Shown here in pieces: positions 1 to 11,179 of a stretch of 64,000 nucleotides of DNA. The notes below the pieces were generated by a model, which was not told where the DNA came from, did no database searches, and worked only from the letters and a program-made list of their open reading frames with translations. Location of the stretch: the NCBI RefSeq assembly GCF_037042905.1, contig NC_087246.1, forward strand, positions 28,272,001 through 28,336,000, written 5' to 3'. Numbering within the stretch: position 1 is the first letter of the stretch; each line of letters begins with the position of its first letter. Both the position numbers and the translations under genes were made by a program. The stretch comes from Lytechinus pictus (lineage: Eukaryota).

Positions 1-662
1 ACGCTAATCGAAAAAAATGTTGTAATTAGCCTTTAGAATTTATGCATCCGGTAATACTAAAAAGCTATACATTTTGCACATTCGAAATGACCAAGCCAGC
101 TACTGTATCATGATCATGAAACCAACTCATCATATCCCGAAAATGATTTAAAAAGCAAGAATGTTTCTTAGTGAATGATAACAATTGTGAACAACCCCCT
201 TGACACATTATACACGCGCAGTTGACACCTCACACAATCTCTACGAGTGGGACTGGGGGTGATAAACAGGTGTTACCTATACACACCGATCATCTCATGG
301 GATGAGGCGTCGCCATGGTAACATGTCAGAACACCATCCCTCATTCCAGTATTTCATATACAACTTCAAAGACATATTTATTTCTGTTACCCAGATGACG
401 ATGATGATGAATGGAGAATGTAAATAAATCTCCCGATATGCGGGCCTGTAATGATTATTCAGTGACTGACTGATTGAGATTGGGTCTCCCTCACCCCCTC
501 TCACTTTTTTTCCCATCTATATTTCCTTCCGATTCTCCCTATCTATATGCAGCTTCCTCTTACCTGACACTATATTTATGGGCCCTCCATGCCGCTCTTT
601 GTTCTCTGTTATTCCATGTGCCTCTATTTTCATATTTGTCGTTCGTTCTCTCCTCTAATCTA

Positions 663-1005
663 CACTGTTAGCACATTTCTACTTTAAAAAAACACACACA
701 CAAAAATAAAAAACCTGCAGAAGAGTCTCGAGAACACCTGTAATCTTACTGCAATGTGTAATCTTACATGCATTTGTGCAAAATTAGAGAAAATTGGTAT
801 TTGGTGTATGTAACCCTACAAATTTATTGTAATAAAATTGTTTTCCCTTTTTAAAAAACATACCTGTTCGATAAATTTGTAGAAAAAAATGTAGAAAATT
901 TTCCCTGTTATAACACTTTTCCGAATGATTTGGTTATTTCTTTCTTTAAAGCCCTTTTTAAAAATAAAGTTTTCTTCTGTAAAATCTTCTGTTTTTCTAA
1001 CAGTG
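663..1005. mobile_element. MITE with CACTG...CAGTG termini (EnSpm/CACTA-like, 2-bp TA TSD)
   Basis: TA|CACTGTTAG at 661-671 and CTAACAGTG|TA at 997-1007 are inverted repeats; A/T-run-rich interior. Confidence 0.7.
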
Positions 1006-1057
1006 TATTGGCAGTGTGCCATTTTTACTCTGTGACCCACGACGGATTCAAGAACGG

Positions 1058-1280
1058 AGTAATTGTCAAATGCCCTTCATGACAATGAACAATCACGAAG
1101 TCTTTGTCGAAAATTGGTGAATCAAGACTAGAGTTTCGACCTGGACTCTGCATGGACAAATGATAATTTGCAATTTTTCGTCATCTCCGAAACTAAGGAC
1201 GAAACTGATTTTCCGCTTAACCAATTTTCGACAAAGACTATCCAGCTGTTCATTGTCATTTAATGGATATTTTCAATACC
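1058..1280 (+). mobile_element. Old palindromic MITE, copy 1 (related copy at 32672-32840)
   Basis: ATGACAATGAACA..AGTCTTTGTCGAAAATTGGT mirrored by ACCAATTTTCGACAAAGACT..TGTTCATTGTCAT; core ATTTGCAATTTTTCGTCA shared with the reverse complement of the 32.7 kb copy. Confidence 0.65.
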
Positions 1281-1954
1281 TGTACCGTCGTGGAGGCTTA
1301 ACCTCCCTAATGATCCCTCAATGCAAGAAGACCAAGTAATGTGAAAATAATGCTCAGATTTGTACAAAGACGAACTATTACACCCATTGTATCCATTGCC
1401 CATAATGTCTTCTGCAGGTTCCAAGATAAGAAAAATGATATATTTCTTGATGATTATCAGTTACAGTGCCGGTACATTATTATTGTGGCCAATACTCTCT
1501 TTCTCCAGAAATATTGATTAGTTCATGAGCAAAGTTAGTTTGGGTCCCACAATCTTTCTTGTTTCCAGATGTGATCCCTGACACCCCCCTCGCCTCGCGC
1601 CCCAGTTTATTCCATGAAAAAGGTGCGTACGTTTGCTACGTGACTCGTCTTCCATGCCTTTTCACGTAGACGAAATAAAAACACTGTTCACTCATCAAGT
1701 TAAGACCAAGAGTTGATATACAATGACAATACCAGTGGCGTAGACAGGTTCGTACACCTGGGGGGGATGACTTGGCTGCCAACGCTAGTGAGGGCGCGAA
1801 GCGCCCGAGCGAGGGAGCGAAGCGACCGAGCGGGGGGAGGGTGTGGGAGGGGGGGTGTCCCCCCTCGCACGGTAGGGAGCTTTTGCAATTTTGAACTTGA
1901 AATCGTGCAATCTGATGCATACTTAATGAGGTAAAATAACACACACAAGCGCGC

Positions 1955-1996
1955 ACGCACACACACACATACTCACACACACACACACACACACAC
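1955..1996 (+). repeat. (CA)n microsatellite
   Basis: Direct reading. Confidence 0.9.
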
Positions 1997-2190
1997 GGGT
2001 GCGCGCATCACACACATACTACGCCTTGAATGGACAGACATACATCGACAAGATCTACACACCGTGGCATACGAATACAGAATGGACTGACACATAGTAT
2101 TGCATATTTTTAGCGCGTCCCTTCTCTCCCCGCACGTAATGCGCACATAACACGGCGTACGCTCGTAATCCGCATCCCTGATTTTCAATA

Positions 2191-2478
2191 GCTTCTTTCA
2201 CACGTTAAAAGCCAATCTTGTGGTTATCTTGTGGTTATCTTGTGGTTTGCAATCTTAGAGGTATCTTGTGGTTATCTTGTGGTTTGCCCCATTTGAACGC
2301 GCAAAACTCGTGGTTATCTTTTGGTTTCGACACCACGAGATTGCGCGCACTGCAAGATATGCGCGATTAATCTTGTGGTTAATATCTTGTGGTTTCCAAA
2401 CCACAATATAACCACAAAATACTTGTAAGATTTTCTTTTTTTTACCGTCTGAATTGGCTTTCACCGTGTGAATGCGGC
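2191..2478. mobile_element. Harbinger-like MITE with internal 11-bp ATCTTGTGGTT repeats, nested in the hAT element
   Basis: Imperfect TIR GCTTCTTTCACACG / CGTGTGAATGCGGC; flanks ATA and TAA; repeated TGTGGTT units. Confidence 0.65.
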
Positions 2479-2600
2479 TAATAACAATAAACACAATTAC
2501 AATAATGATGAGGATTATTATTATCATCATCATAATTATTATTATTATTAATATTATAATTGTTATCATTATTATTATTACTATTATTATCATCATTATG
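2479..2600 (+). repeat. Degenerate (AAT/TAT/CAT)n microsatellite
   Basis: Direct reading; source of the Ile/Met-rich ORF 2255..2596. Confidence 0.85.
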
Positions 2601-2609
2601 ACTTATTAA

Positions 2610-4637
2610 GGACGTTCCACATTTATGTTTTTGCGCATCATGATCTGCGCATATTGAACACTCCGCGCGCTGACGTCACAATGGATGAACTGGTGATTAA
2701 TCAGCTGTAGGTATGTGAGCTAATTTTTCTCCTTATCTGCACTAACTGCAGATCCGATGTAATATTTTATGAAGCTAAGAAACTGGAATTATTCCATGGA
2801 CCATTCTTTTTATTCCTCTACAATTTCAAAATACTTTTCTCTGTAGTGCTGCAAAGTATGATGAATATGACCCGAGTTTGAATAAAATAAAATGTAGAAT
2901 GGTTCGGAACTTTTCCTCACGTGTTTTGGGGTGTTTTAAGAAGCACATTTGCTCTAATAAGAGTGCTGATAGTTTGAAAAAAAGCAAATGAACCCATGTT
3001 TTTTTATGTTTACACCTCTTATGTATACCTTCCTCTACAACTTGGCAAAATTTGGTGAAATCGACATGGGTTTTGAATAAAGTGCAGCATTTATTTTACT
3101 TCTCAAGTTTGTTATTGAAATTTGAAATTTTTGAGGTTGAGTATTTGTTATTTCCCGCAATTTCTAAGAACTGAGAGTGCTGTTAGACCGTGAGCAAACA
3201 ATTGAAAGCAATATAAATAGATTATCCATATTAATGATACAATTATTAATCATATTGCAAAATTTGATGAAGTTTTCATGGATTTTGACTGAGTAATAGA
3301 GCTTTAAACTCATTGTTGTGATCTCGTGAGGTCTAAAATGCCAAATTCTTTGAATGCGCAATTCTTAAGAATATCTATTTGGGTTAACTTTGAAGCTATA
3401 TAGCAAAAAATCAAGCACATGGACCTCTGTTAATTTGTGCATATTTGGAATATTCAGGTGCTAAAGTGTCTATGTGCAAAGTATGATGAAGATGACATGG
3501 ATTTTCAATGTTTGGGAGCAAGACTACGGAACCATTCGCATTTTACACGGTATTAACAGACTTTTGCTTGTTTTCGGCGCATTGTGGGCTGTTTCAAGCC
3601 AACTCCCAACACCTTGGACACGGATAATTTGAAAACGAGCACATGGACCCCATAGTTTAAACGGCTTCAGAATGTATTCCTCTACAAATCTAGAGAGTGT
3701 GATAAAAATGACATGGATTTTGAATGTTTGGGGGGCAAAACTACGGAACCATTTGCCTTTTAGACAGTATTAGTAGACTATTGCACGTTTTCGGCGCACT
3801 TAAGGAGGATTTCAATATTTTCAAGCCGTCTCGCAACACTTTGGACCCTGATAGTTTAAAAACGAGCACATGGACCCCATATTTTTAATATGTTAACGGC
3901 TTCAGAATATATTCCTCTACAAATTTAGAGAGTATGATGAAAATGACATGGGTTTTGAATGTCTATAGGAGCAAAACTACGGAACCATACTCATTTAGAC
4001 TGTGTTATTAGACATTTGCACGTTTTCGGCGCATTTTAGCCGATTTTTAAGCCAACTCGCAACACTTTGGACACTTATAGTTAAAAGACGAACACATGGA
4101 CCCTATATTTTTACCTTCCCTACATCTTTCATATCCATTTCTCTACAGTTTAGCCGAATTTGATGAAAATGACATGGATTTTGAATAAAGTGCAGCTTAA
4201 ACTATACTTTTTTAAATTTTTGAGTAGATTCACGTCTTTGAAGATGTCTTTTTCCGAATTTTTGCACCATTCTTGCCAAATGAGGGCGCTGCTGACTCCA
4301 AATAGATATAGTTTTATCAATTAAAAGACTTTCTCCTTCTTTGGTATCTACTAAGTTACACATTCTGAAAGTTTGATGAACTTTGATGCAATATCGAGAG
4401 AGTAAAGATGATTTAAACTCATTTGGTGAATTCGTGAGGTCTAAGAGAGGCATAATTCTCATGATTGCGCAACATTTCTTATCATTTAAATACGGCGACT
4501 TTGAAGTCCCGTAGAAAAAAAATGAGCACATGAACCTATATTATTTTTTGCATTTTCATAATGCATAGATACCAAAGTAACTCTCTGCAAAATTTGGTGA
4601 AAATGACATGGACTTCGTTTTAACTGTGGAACGATCA
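2610..4637. mobile_element. Kolobok-like non-autonomous element with ~225-bp internal repeats
   Basis: Left TTAA|GGACGTTCCACA, right TGTGGAACGATC (right TTAA missing); motifs GCACATGGACC (about 3415, 3639, 3866, 4093, 4527) and GATGAAAATGACATGG(A/G)TTTTGA recur. Confidence 0.6.
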
Positions 4638-5594
4638 TTCCCCAAAACCTGGGGGGGATGATTGTACATGCCATCCCCCCCACCTTGTGAGGTGGGGGGG
4701 ATGCATCCCCCTCACCCCCCCCCCCCCCCGTTGTCTACGCCCCTGGACAATACCCAGAAAAACCAACGAACAACGAATCCGAAAAAAGACTATCCGCACC
4801 CATGCAAGCTAAGACAATGCATACCCTAGCAAGCATAGTTCGGTCTTATACATTGGTCCCCAAAACTATATATTTTTAAATTCACGTATATCATAAAAAT
4901 CTACAAAATGAATATTCATTTCATTAATATCACAATATCCAAGCACTTATATAGATTGCCTTGTGTAGCATAAACAAGTTATCGAATAGATATGTAAACA
5001 TAATTATGTAGGCATACATAATAATGCATGATACCCCGAATGACGAAGCATTATTTTCTCTGGAATCGGAGTTGATTTGGTTTGGGGGCGTGACGTCTAT
5101 CCGAAGATTCAAAGAATTTCAAATCCCAGTCTAATAATTGAGATCAGTTTGCATATACGAACCCTGATAAGATTAATTGCTGAAATGTTATTGAACTCTA
5201 ATAGCTCACTGTGGTCTGTCAACAAATTTATTTCTTAATTTTTAAATCGAGATTTTGCCAAAGGCTATAAGGGAGCAGAGCTGTAGGCCAGTATCGAAGT
5301 TTTGATGGGACAATTTTAATTTCAAGTCTGTAACTACAGCCTAAATGAACGTGTCTTTCGGTAATGCAGTTGATGTGGAAAATAAACTGTTTGGTAGGGT
5401 CAGAGGTAAAAAGATCAGAGGGAGATGAGTTGAGGTCAGGAATGATGCGATGATGAGCATGACATTGTCTTTAGTCAAGGTCAATGTTTAAACTCAATCG
5501 AGCAATGATGCACGCAGTCGGAAAAAACTTTAATGTAGCCGAGGGTGGTTCTCGGGGGTTTTAATTCATATTTAATACATATGAAATAAAATAT

Positions 5595-5885
5595 GATAAT
5601 AATAGCTGGATTTATATAGCGCTTTTTGCCTGAGGATACAAAGCGCTTGTTATTATTACCCCCGCGATTACCCCGGCTTTAGCTCGAGCTACCATCACCG
5701 GCGGTCAGTGCATGTAGCCCATGTAAGGAATTAATCCTGCAGGGTACCTATTCACCTGACCTGGGTCGAGCGCAGTACAGTGTGGATACATTTTTTGCTG
5801 AAGGAAAACACACCAGGCTAAGATTCGAACCAACGACTCTCTGTTTGATAGGCGAGAGTCAGAGCCACAAGACCACGACGCGCCC
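5595..5885 (-). mobile_element. tRNA-derived SINE with Deu/Nin-like core and L2-type tail
   Basis: Minus strand: A box TGGTCTTGTGG, B box GGTTCGAATC, core CTCGACCCAGGT..GAATAGGTACC, tail AAGCGCT..AGCGCTATATAAATCCAGC followed by TAT repeats. Confidence 0.85.
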
Positions 5886-6295
5886 ACGCTAATTAATGAA
5901 CAATATGAATTTAAGTTAAGTAAATTATAGTGGTTCAAATACGACGCAAGGGTAGGGCAAGGTGTCCAACAGGTGAACTATTATTTTTTTCACATGGAAA
6001 ATATTGTTCTCTTTTTTCCCTTTATTTTCCCCTTTGACTGTTTGTTGGAGTACCACCGACTTTCTTTAATAAAGCCATTCAATCATTTTCACAATCAGAA
6101 TTTCACACATTCTTCTTATAAAAATAATACATTTCATCTTAATTCAATTGTTTGGTAAGGTGATAGCTTCACATAATTGCAAAACAACATTTAAGCGTAT
6201 ATATAATCAGAGCAACTTGTACTTTTGGTGAAAATATCTTAATTTACTCAACTATCTTAATTTTCTCAACTATATTCAGTCATATCCCTCTCTTA

Positions 6296-6445
6296 TTTAT
6301 CTCTCTCTCTCTCTCTCACTCTATCAAAGTAAAAAAAAAAAAAAAAGCACACAAAAAAGAAAGAAACAAAGAAACTAACTAACTAACTAACTAACCAGTC
6401 AACATACTAACCAACTAACTAACTAACCAGTCAACTAACTAAATA
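6296..6445 (+). repeat. Compound microsatellite (CT)n, poly-A, (AACT)n
   Basis: Direct reading. Confidence 0.85.
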
Positions 6446-6807
6446 GCGTACTAACTGATTAGCTAAGTACATGATTATGTTTTTCTGTGAACTTGGGCTC
6501 AAGGTTCACCGAAAAGGGATATCTCATAAACCACGGATTCAAACTGTCTACAATTATCTTTGATTACATAATAACAAGCATCACAATCGGAAAACACTTC
6601 GCGGTGTTTGATGATAGCTAATTAGATACTGTTTTACAAGGATGTACATATTGGAATGCAATTCGATGACCTGCTTTTGATTTCAAAGAAAAACCAAAAT
6701 ATGTGACCCAGTAACTTGGATTTTCGACATTTATTCAAAATAGTGGGAAAGGGGCAGGGAGGAATATAGATGAGAAAGTTTGAAAGAGCATGAAGAGAGT
6801 GAAGTGG

Positions 6808-6872
6808 GAAAAGAAAGAAAGAAAGAAAGAAAGAAAGAGAGAAAGAACGAAGGAAAGAAAGAAAGAAAGAAA
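6808..6872 (+). repeat. (GAAA)n microsatellite
   Basis: Direct reading; source of ORFs 6731..6955 and 6780..6965. Confidence 0.85.
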
Positions 6873-7203
6873 GAGGAGGTGAAAATGAGAGATAGTGGTC
6901 GAGAGGGAGAGGAGGAAATGGGGGTGGGGGAGAGGGGCGGTAACAAGATATACATTATAGCATAATATCGTAGCTTGGAAGCATTAATTTGTTCAGTTTA
7001 CAACTTCAGAGCGGGCTCTCTTGCCAAAGTGCGTTTTGTGTCAAATTGCATGATATTGAAACTCAATCGCAACGAAGCTTTCATCGATGTTTTTTTTCCA
7101 TCGGCCTCAATTTTCCTCCGTCACCCCCCCCCCCCCATCCGTCCCGTTATCGAACCCCCAACACCTGAGGGTATCCCCTCAAGCCTGACGTTGTACGTAA
7201 AAC

Positions 7204-7222
7204 CATGGACCTATAGTCCATG
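7204..7222. mobile_element. 19-bp P-element-like remnant (termini only)
   Basis: CATGGAC-CTATA-GTCCATG between exact 7-bp direct repeats GTAAAAC (7197-7203, 7223-7229). Confidence 0.65.
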
Positions 7223-7659
7223 GTAAAACTCACGGAACGCGTGAGTGAGAAGTGGGTCTGTTTACCCGATAGCTATTTGGGAAGATAATGGTTTGTAAAG
7301 CACTTAAATAAATACATGTGCAATGTAGTCGCATCCATCTGTAAACTCACACGCCCATCAAAACTCTGAAAGAACCGCAGCATTCTAGCGTATCGTTGCC
7401 ATTTCATACCCGTCTGGGTTTGTAAATGATTTGACCACAGGCAGACAGCAGCGAGAATTCTGATTCAAAGGGGATTCAACTTGCTGATGAAATCGCTGGT
7501 CCCGAAGCTGAGGTTTATATTCTCTGGAAGGTTTTGGAAGCATGCCGAAACATACAAATGACGCCATACCTCAAAGGGTTTCAAGGTTAGTACCATTCAT
7601 TTCTCTGTGTATATTTGTCTTTATCTCTTCCATCCTTGTAAAACAAACTTGAATTATTC

Positions 7660-8145
7660 GGGTTCCATTGCAGCACATGAGGCCTCGACTTCCATTATAG
7701 AACACGAGATGATGTTTGTTTACATAATGTAAATGTCAATTTCCATTGCGTAATCAGATCTGGAAACATGAGTTCACATTGCGTCATGCGTTGTGTCAAT
7801 TCCAACTGCGTCTACTCTTAGGAGATGTAAATTCTCGAGGATCCACATGCAGTTGCATCATAAAGTCATTGTTTTATTCCCATGTAATAAGAGACATTAA
7901 TCTTAATTGAGTAATAGAGGTGTCAATTTGAATTGCATCTCAGAATAAACTAATTCTCGACTCCACCATACGACCTTTTAATTCCATGCGTCGCAGTAGA
8001 TTCTCCAATGCGTCAGATTGGGTCAGATGAGACGTACATTCGCGTTACTCATATTAGAAGCAGCGGCAACTCCCCTTACGCCATGGCGTGTTAAAGATAA
8101 GTAAACTCTCATTGTGTATCGGTTCAGATTGCATCATATGAGGTG
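7660..8145 (+). repeat. Highly degenerate tandem repeat, roughly 60-bp period
   Basis: Recurrent TCCATTGCGTCA-like and GATGT(A/C)AAT-like motifs; period estimated by eye. Confidence 0.45.
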
Positions 8146-8149
8146 TCTG

Positions 8150-8690
8150 CGCCGATGTAACAGAAGGGCAATTCCATAGGTTGGTGGACATGAGCTCAAT
8201 GTGTCTTTGTACATATAGCCCATCTAAACCGTAACGTGAGTAACCACTTTATCTGCACCACTTGTAAAAACCATGTGTTCTTTATTTTTTTAATTATATA
8301 CAAATTTGTATCCCTAATATACTTCTTTGAAATGGATATAATCAACGTTCATAAAAGCCTTGCATGAGGACACTTTTCACTTAAGTCCACTTTTCATTTT
8401 ATGCATGTCCAAATCATGTAACGTGAGTAACCGACACATTTCAAAGATTTGCCAGGAGCATAATGAAATTTCCCAAGTTTTGTTTTTATACAAAGGATAG
8501 TCAGACTGCGTACTTTGTTGTGATAAAGAGATGTTTAGTTCCTATCAATAATAATGGAGTTACAGCTCCAAGTATGAGTCAAGGTGTCTCCAAATGTAAC
8601 GTGAGTAACCGTGGAATAGCCCAGAAGAATATAGTTCATAAATACAGTTTCGCCGATGTAACAGAAGAATATAGTTCATAAATACAATTT
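8150..8690 (+). repeat. 40-bp tandem duplication, first copy split by the MITE
   Basis: CGCCGATGTAACAGAA|GAATATAGTTCATAAATACAGTTT is split (8150-8165 + 8627-8650); an intact copy lies at 8651-8690. Confidence 0.85.
8166..8622. mobile_element. Sola-like MITE (GGG termini, 4-bp TSD)
   Basis: TIR GGGCAATTCCA / TGGAATAGCCC; TSD AGAA (8162-8165, 8623-8626); internal GTAACGTGAGTAACC at 8231, 8418 and 8596. Confidence 0.8.
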
Positions 8691-10796
8691 TGCCAATAGA
8701 ACACTACAATCATGTAAACTATGCGGTACATAATTAAATTTAATGTGTATAAGGTAGTCAAATCATCGATTAATATTTATAGGCCTTCCTGTTTATGGAG
8801 ACACATCATAAGCGTATGGAGAAAAAAAAGAGTAAATTATGCTTTAAACAGTCTGAACATGCCTAGTTTTTTTTTATTGTTCTGTGGCCGAGATCTCGAC
8901 CATAGATTGCCATAGTACCTCGAAAATTTGCTCAATGGAATTATGAAAAGTAATATACAAGGCTTGCTATGTTTTTATAATAAGATCTCATTTACAAATA
9001 ATTAATGTGTGTGTAAATCATACCTGTTGCCCCAGTTAACTAGATCAAGCCCTAGAATGCTGATATCAGCGCTTAAGGTGGGATTTTCGGGGGTGGGGTG
9101 GGGGGAATGAAACCCCTTTATAGAAACAATTATCAAAATAGGCGTATCACCTTATTTTCGAAATTGGTCAAAATCGTTAAGTCACCCCCTACATCTATGT
9201 GAACTGTTCTGGTGATGGCAACAATGAGTGCTGTAGGTTACCATCAAATGGCGTCAATTATACATGTTTCGAAGTTTCATTAAGCCCAATTAGTGACATG
9301 ATAATAAAGGAACTGTTAGCGCTAAGTGCTCGACTGTGCGTTGCGACCTTCGTTAGTTTGTGCTTTTCAAGAGCCGATATATGTTCGACCAAAGCAAACC
9401 AGATTGATGAAATGATTCATGTGTCAACATCCATACTACGAACAAGTGCGTAAGTACATGTATGTCGGTCACAACAGGCCTTAACGAAACATTCAATTAT
9501 AAAAAAAGAAACACACACAAACACAGTCGCTGTAATAAAAATTCACCATGTAACACCAAAGGTGTAGATATAACAAACAGAATAAAACTAATGGGTGTTG
9601 GACTACCACCATCAATTAAAAACTGCTGTAAAATGCTCGCCGTGGTTATCTCACAAACCATACTAGTGTAGTTTTAACTTAATTGCGCTTGTCTTGTCAT
9701 CCAATTATTAAAGCTAAGTACTACACATTGTTATAGAGGAAAGATGAATATCAATCATTCTAAAGAAATGAGGACTTATATTCTTGTTTAGTTGAAGTTT
9801 AAACCTCAGGTTGAATCATCAAATTAATACAAATTACACCCATTGTGTTGTAAGGCTGTCGTTGGGGGGGGGGGTATATAGTGGATGGATTTGTCGTCGA
9901 TCATATTGTCCAAGTACGTTTGATGATAAATTGTTGCCGGATTGGGCTGAGAACGACTTTGCACCAGATGTGGCGCCCTTGACACAATAATTTCTGCACT
10001 TATATATATATATATATATTTCAAACTCCCCATATGAGGACGGAAGCTGGCTTTCAATTTAGCAGAATGTGATACACCTCTTGCGGCATTCTGGTGATAA
10101 GTGATTACGCCTGAAAGTATTATATTGTATTTCATCTCTTTACGTTTACCAAAGGATCCCCAAATATCCTTATTGTTTGTGCATTAGGATGCTTGTACAT
10201 GGCTCCGGGGTTTTAATGGGAAACCAGCTGGTGATCTTGTCTTGGAGTCAATCGATGAAAATCCTTGTCTTTGTCGGCCAATGTAAGTGCGTGCTTAAAG
10301 TTAGGACGAGACTTCCCAACAAATCTATAAAAGTCTATGATACGCCTCTTTGGGGGGAGGGATTTATTTCCGGGATTTATAGTTCTAGAATGTGAAAATT
10401 TGTGTTTTTTTTGGTGGTAATGGTAGATAGACAATCACAATAAAAGAGACATAAGAGGGGTTATGATGATGAAGAGCTATAATAGGGATAGTGGCATATC
10501 TAGACGAAACAACCGTCGAGACGGTGGAAAGTTTGAAATTCGCGACCCTCCACCATTAATGATGCAGAAGAGTTTCGCCGACATCCCCCGGTGACATCTC
10601 ACCCCTTTTCTATTTTCTACTCTGGTTGCTTCTTTGGTAGCTCATGATATGAAATTTCAAAGTGCCCTTTTTATTATTATTCTGCTCTCCTTATTTTGCA
10701 CCAACGGATGACATGTCACCTTGTTCCTTGAAAACGACCCTGCCTGGATGTTCCATAATTAGGTATGGAAATTTTACATTTCTATTGTTCACTGCA

Positions 10797-11179
10797 TGGA
10801 CATGATATTTTCACAATATTGTTGTTGTATAGAGAACGGATTCCCCAAGATCCGGGCCCAAGATACTCCTTTAGCAAGTTTACCTCGACACAATCGTTCA
10901 CTGTATGGAAATGATATTTTCACAATATTGTTGTTGTATAGAGAACGGATTTCCCAAGATACTCCTTTAGCAAGTTTACCTCGACACAATCGTTCACTGT
11001 ATGGAAATGATATTTTCACAATATTGTTGTTGTATAGAGAACGGATTCCCCAAGATACTCCTTTCTCAAGTTTACCTCGACACAATTGTTTACTGTATGG
11101 AAATGATATTTTCACAATATTGTTGTTGTATAGAGAACGGATTCCCCAAGATACTCCTTTCTCAAGTTTACCTCGACAC
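10797..11179 (+). repeat. 96-bp minisatellite, about 4 copies
   Basis: ATGATATTTTCACAATATTG at 10802, 10911, 11007 and 11103; the first unit has a 13-bp insertion. Confidence 0.95.

Larger units (their letters stand above)
1733..4745. mobile_element. Non-autonomous hAT-type element, expanded by nested insertions
   Basis: TIR CAGTGGCGTAGACA / TGTCTACGCCCCTG; exact 8-bp TSD GACAATAC at 1725-1732 and 4746-4753; GAGCGAAGCGACCGAGCG and G-run subterminal block like that of 34887-35347. Confidence 0.9.

Noticed and set aside
5815-5885. Functional tRNA gene (also 32395-32465 and 40860-40920)
   Set aside because: A/B boxes run into SINE-like bodies and the cloverleaf stems are broken.
1376-9860. Two minus-strand frames both ending CAA TGG GTG TAA (QWV*), near 1380 and 9838
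   Set aside because: Only ~14 nt are shared and there is no upstream similarity; consistent with chance.
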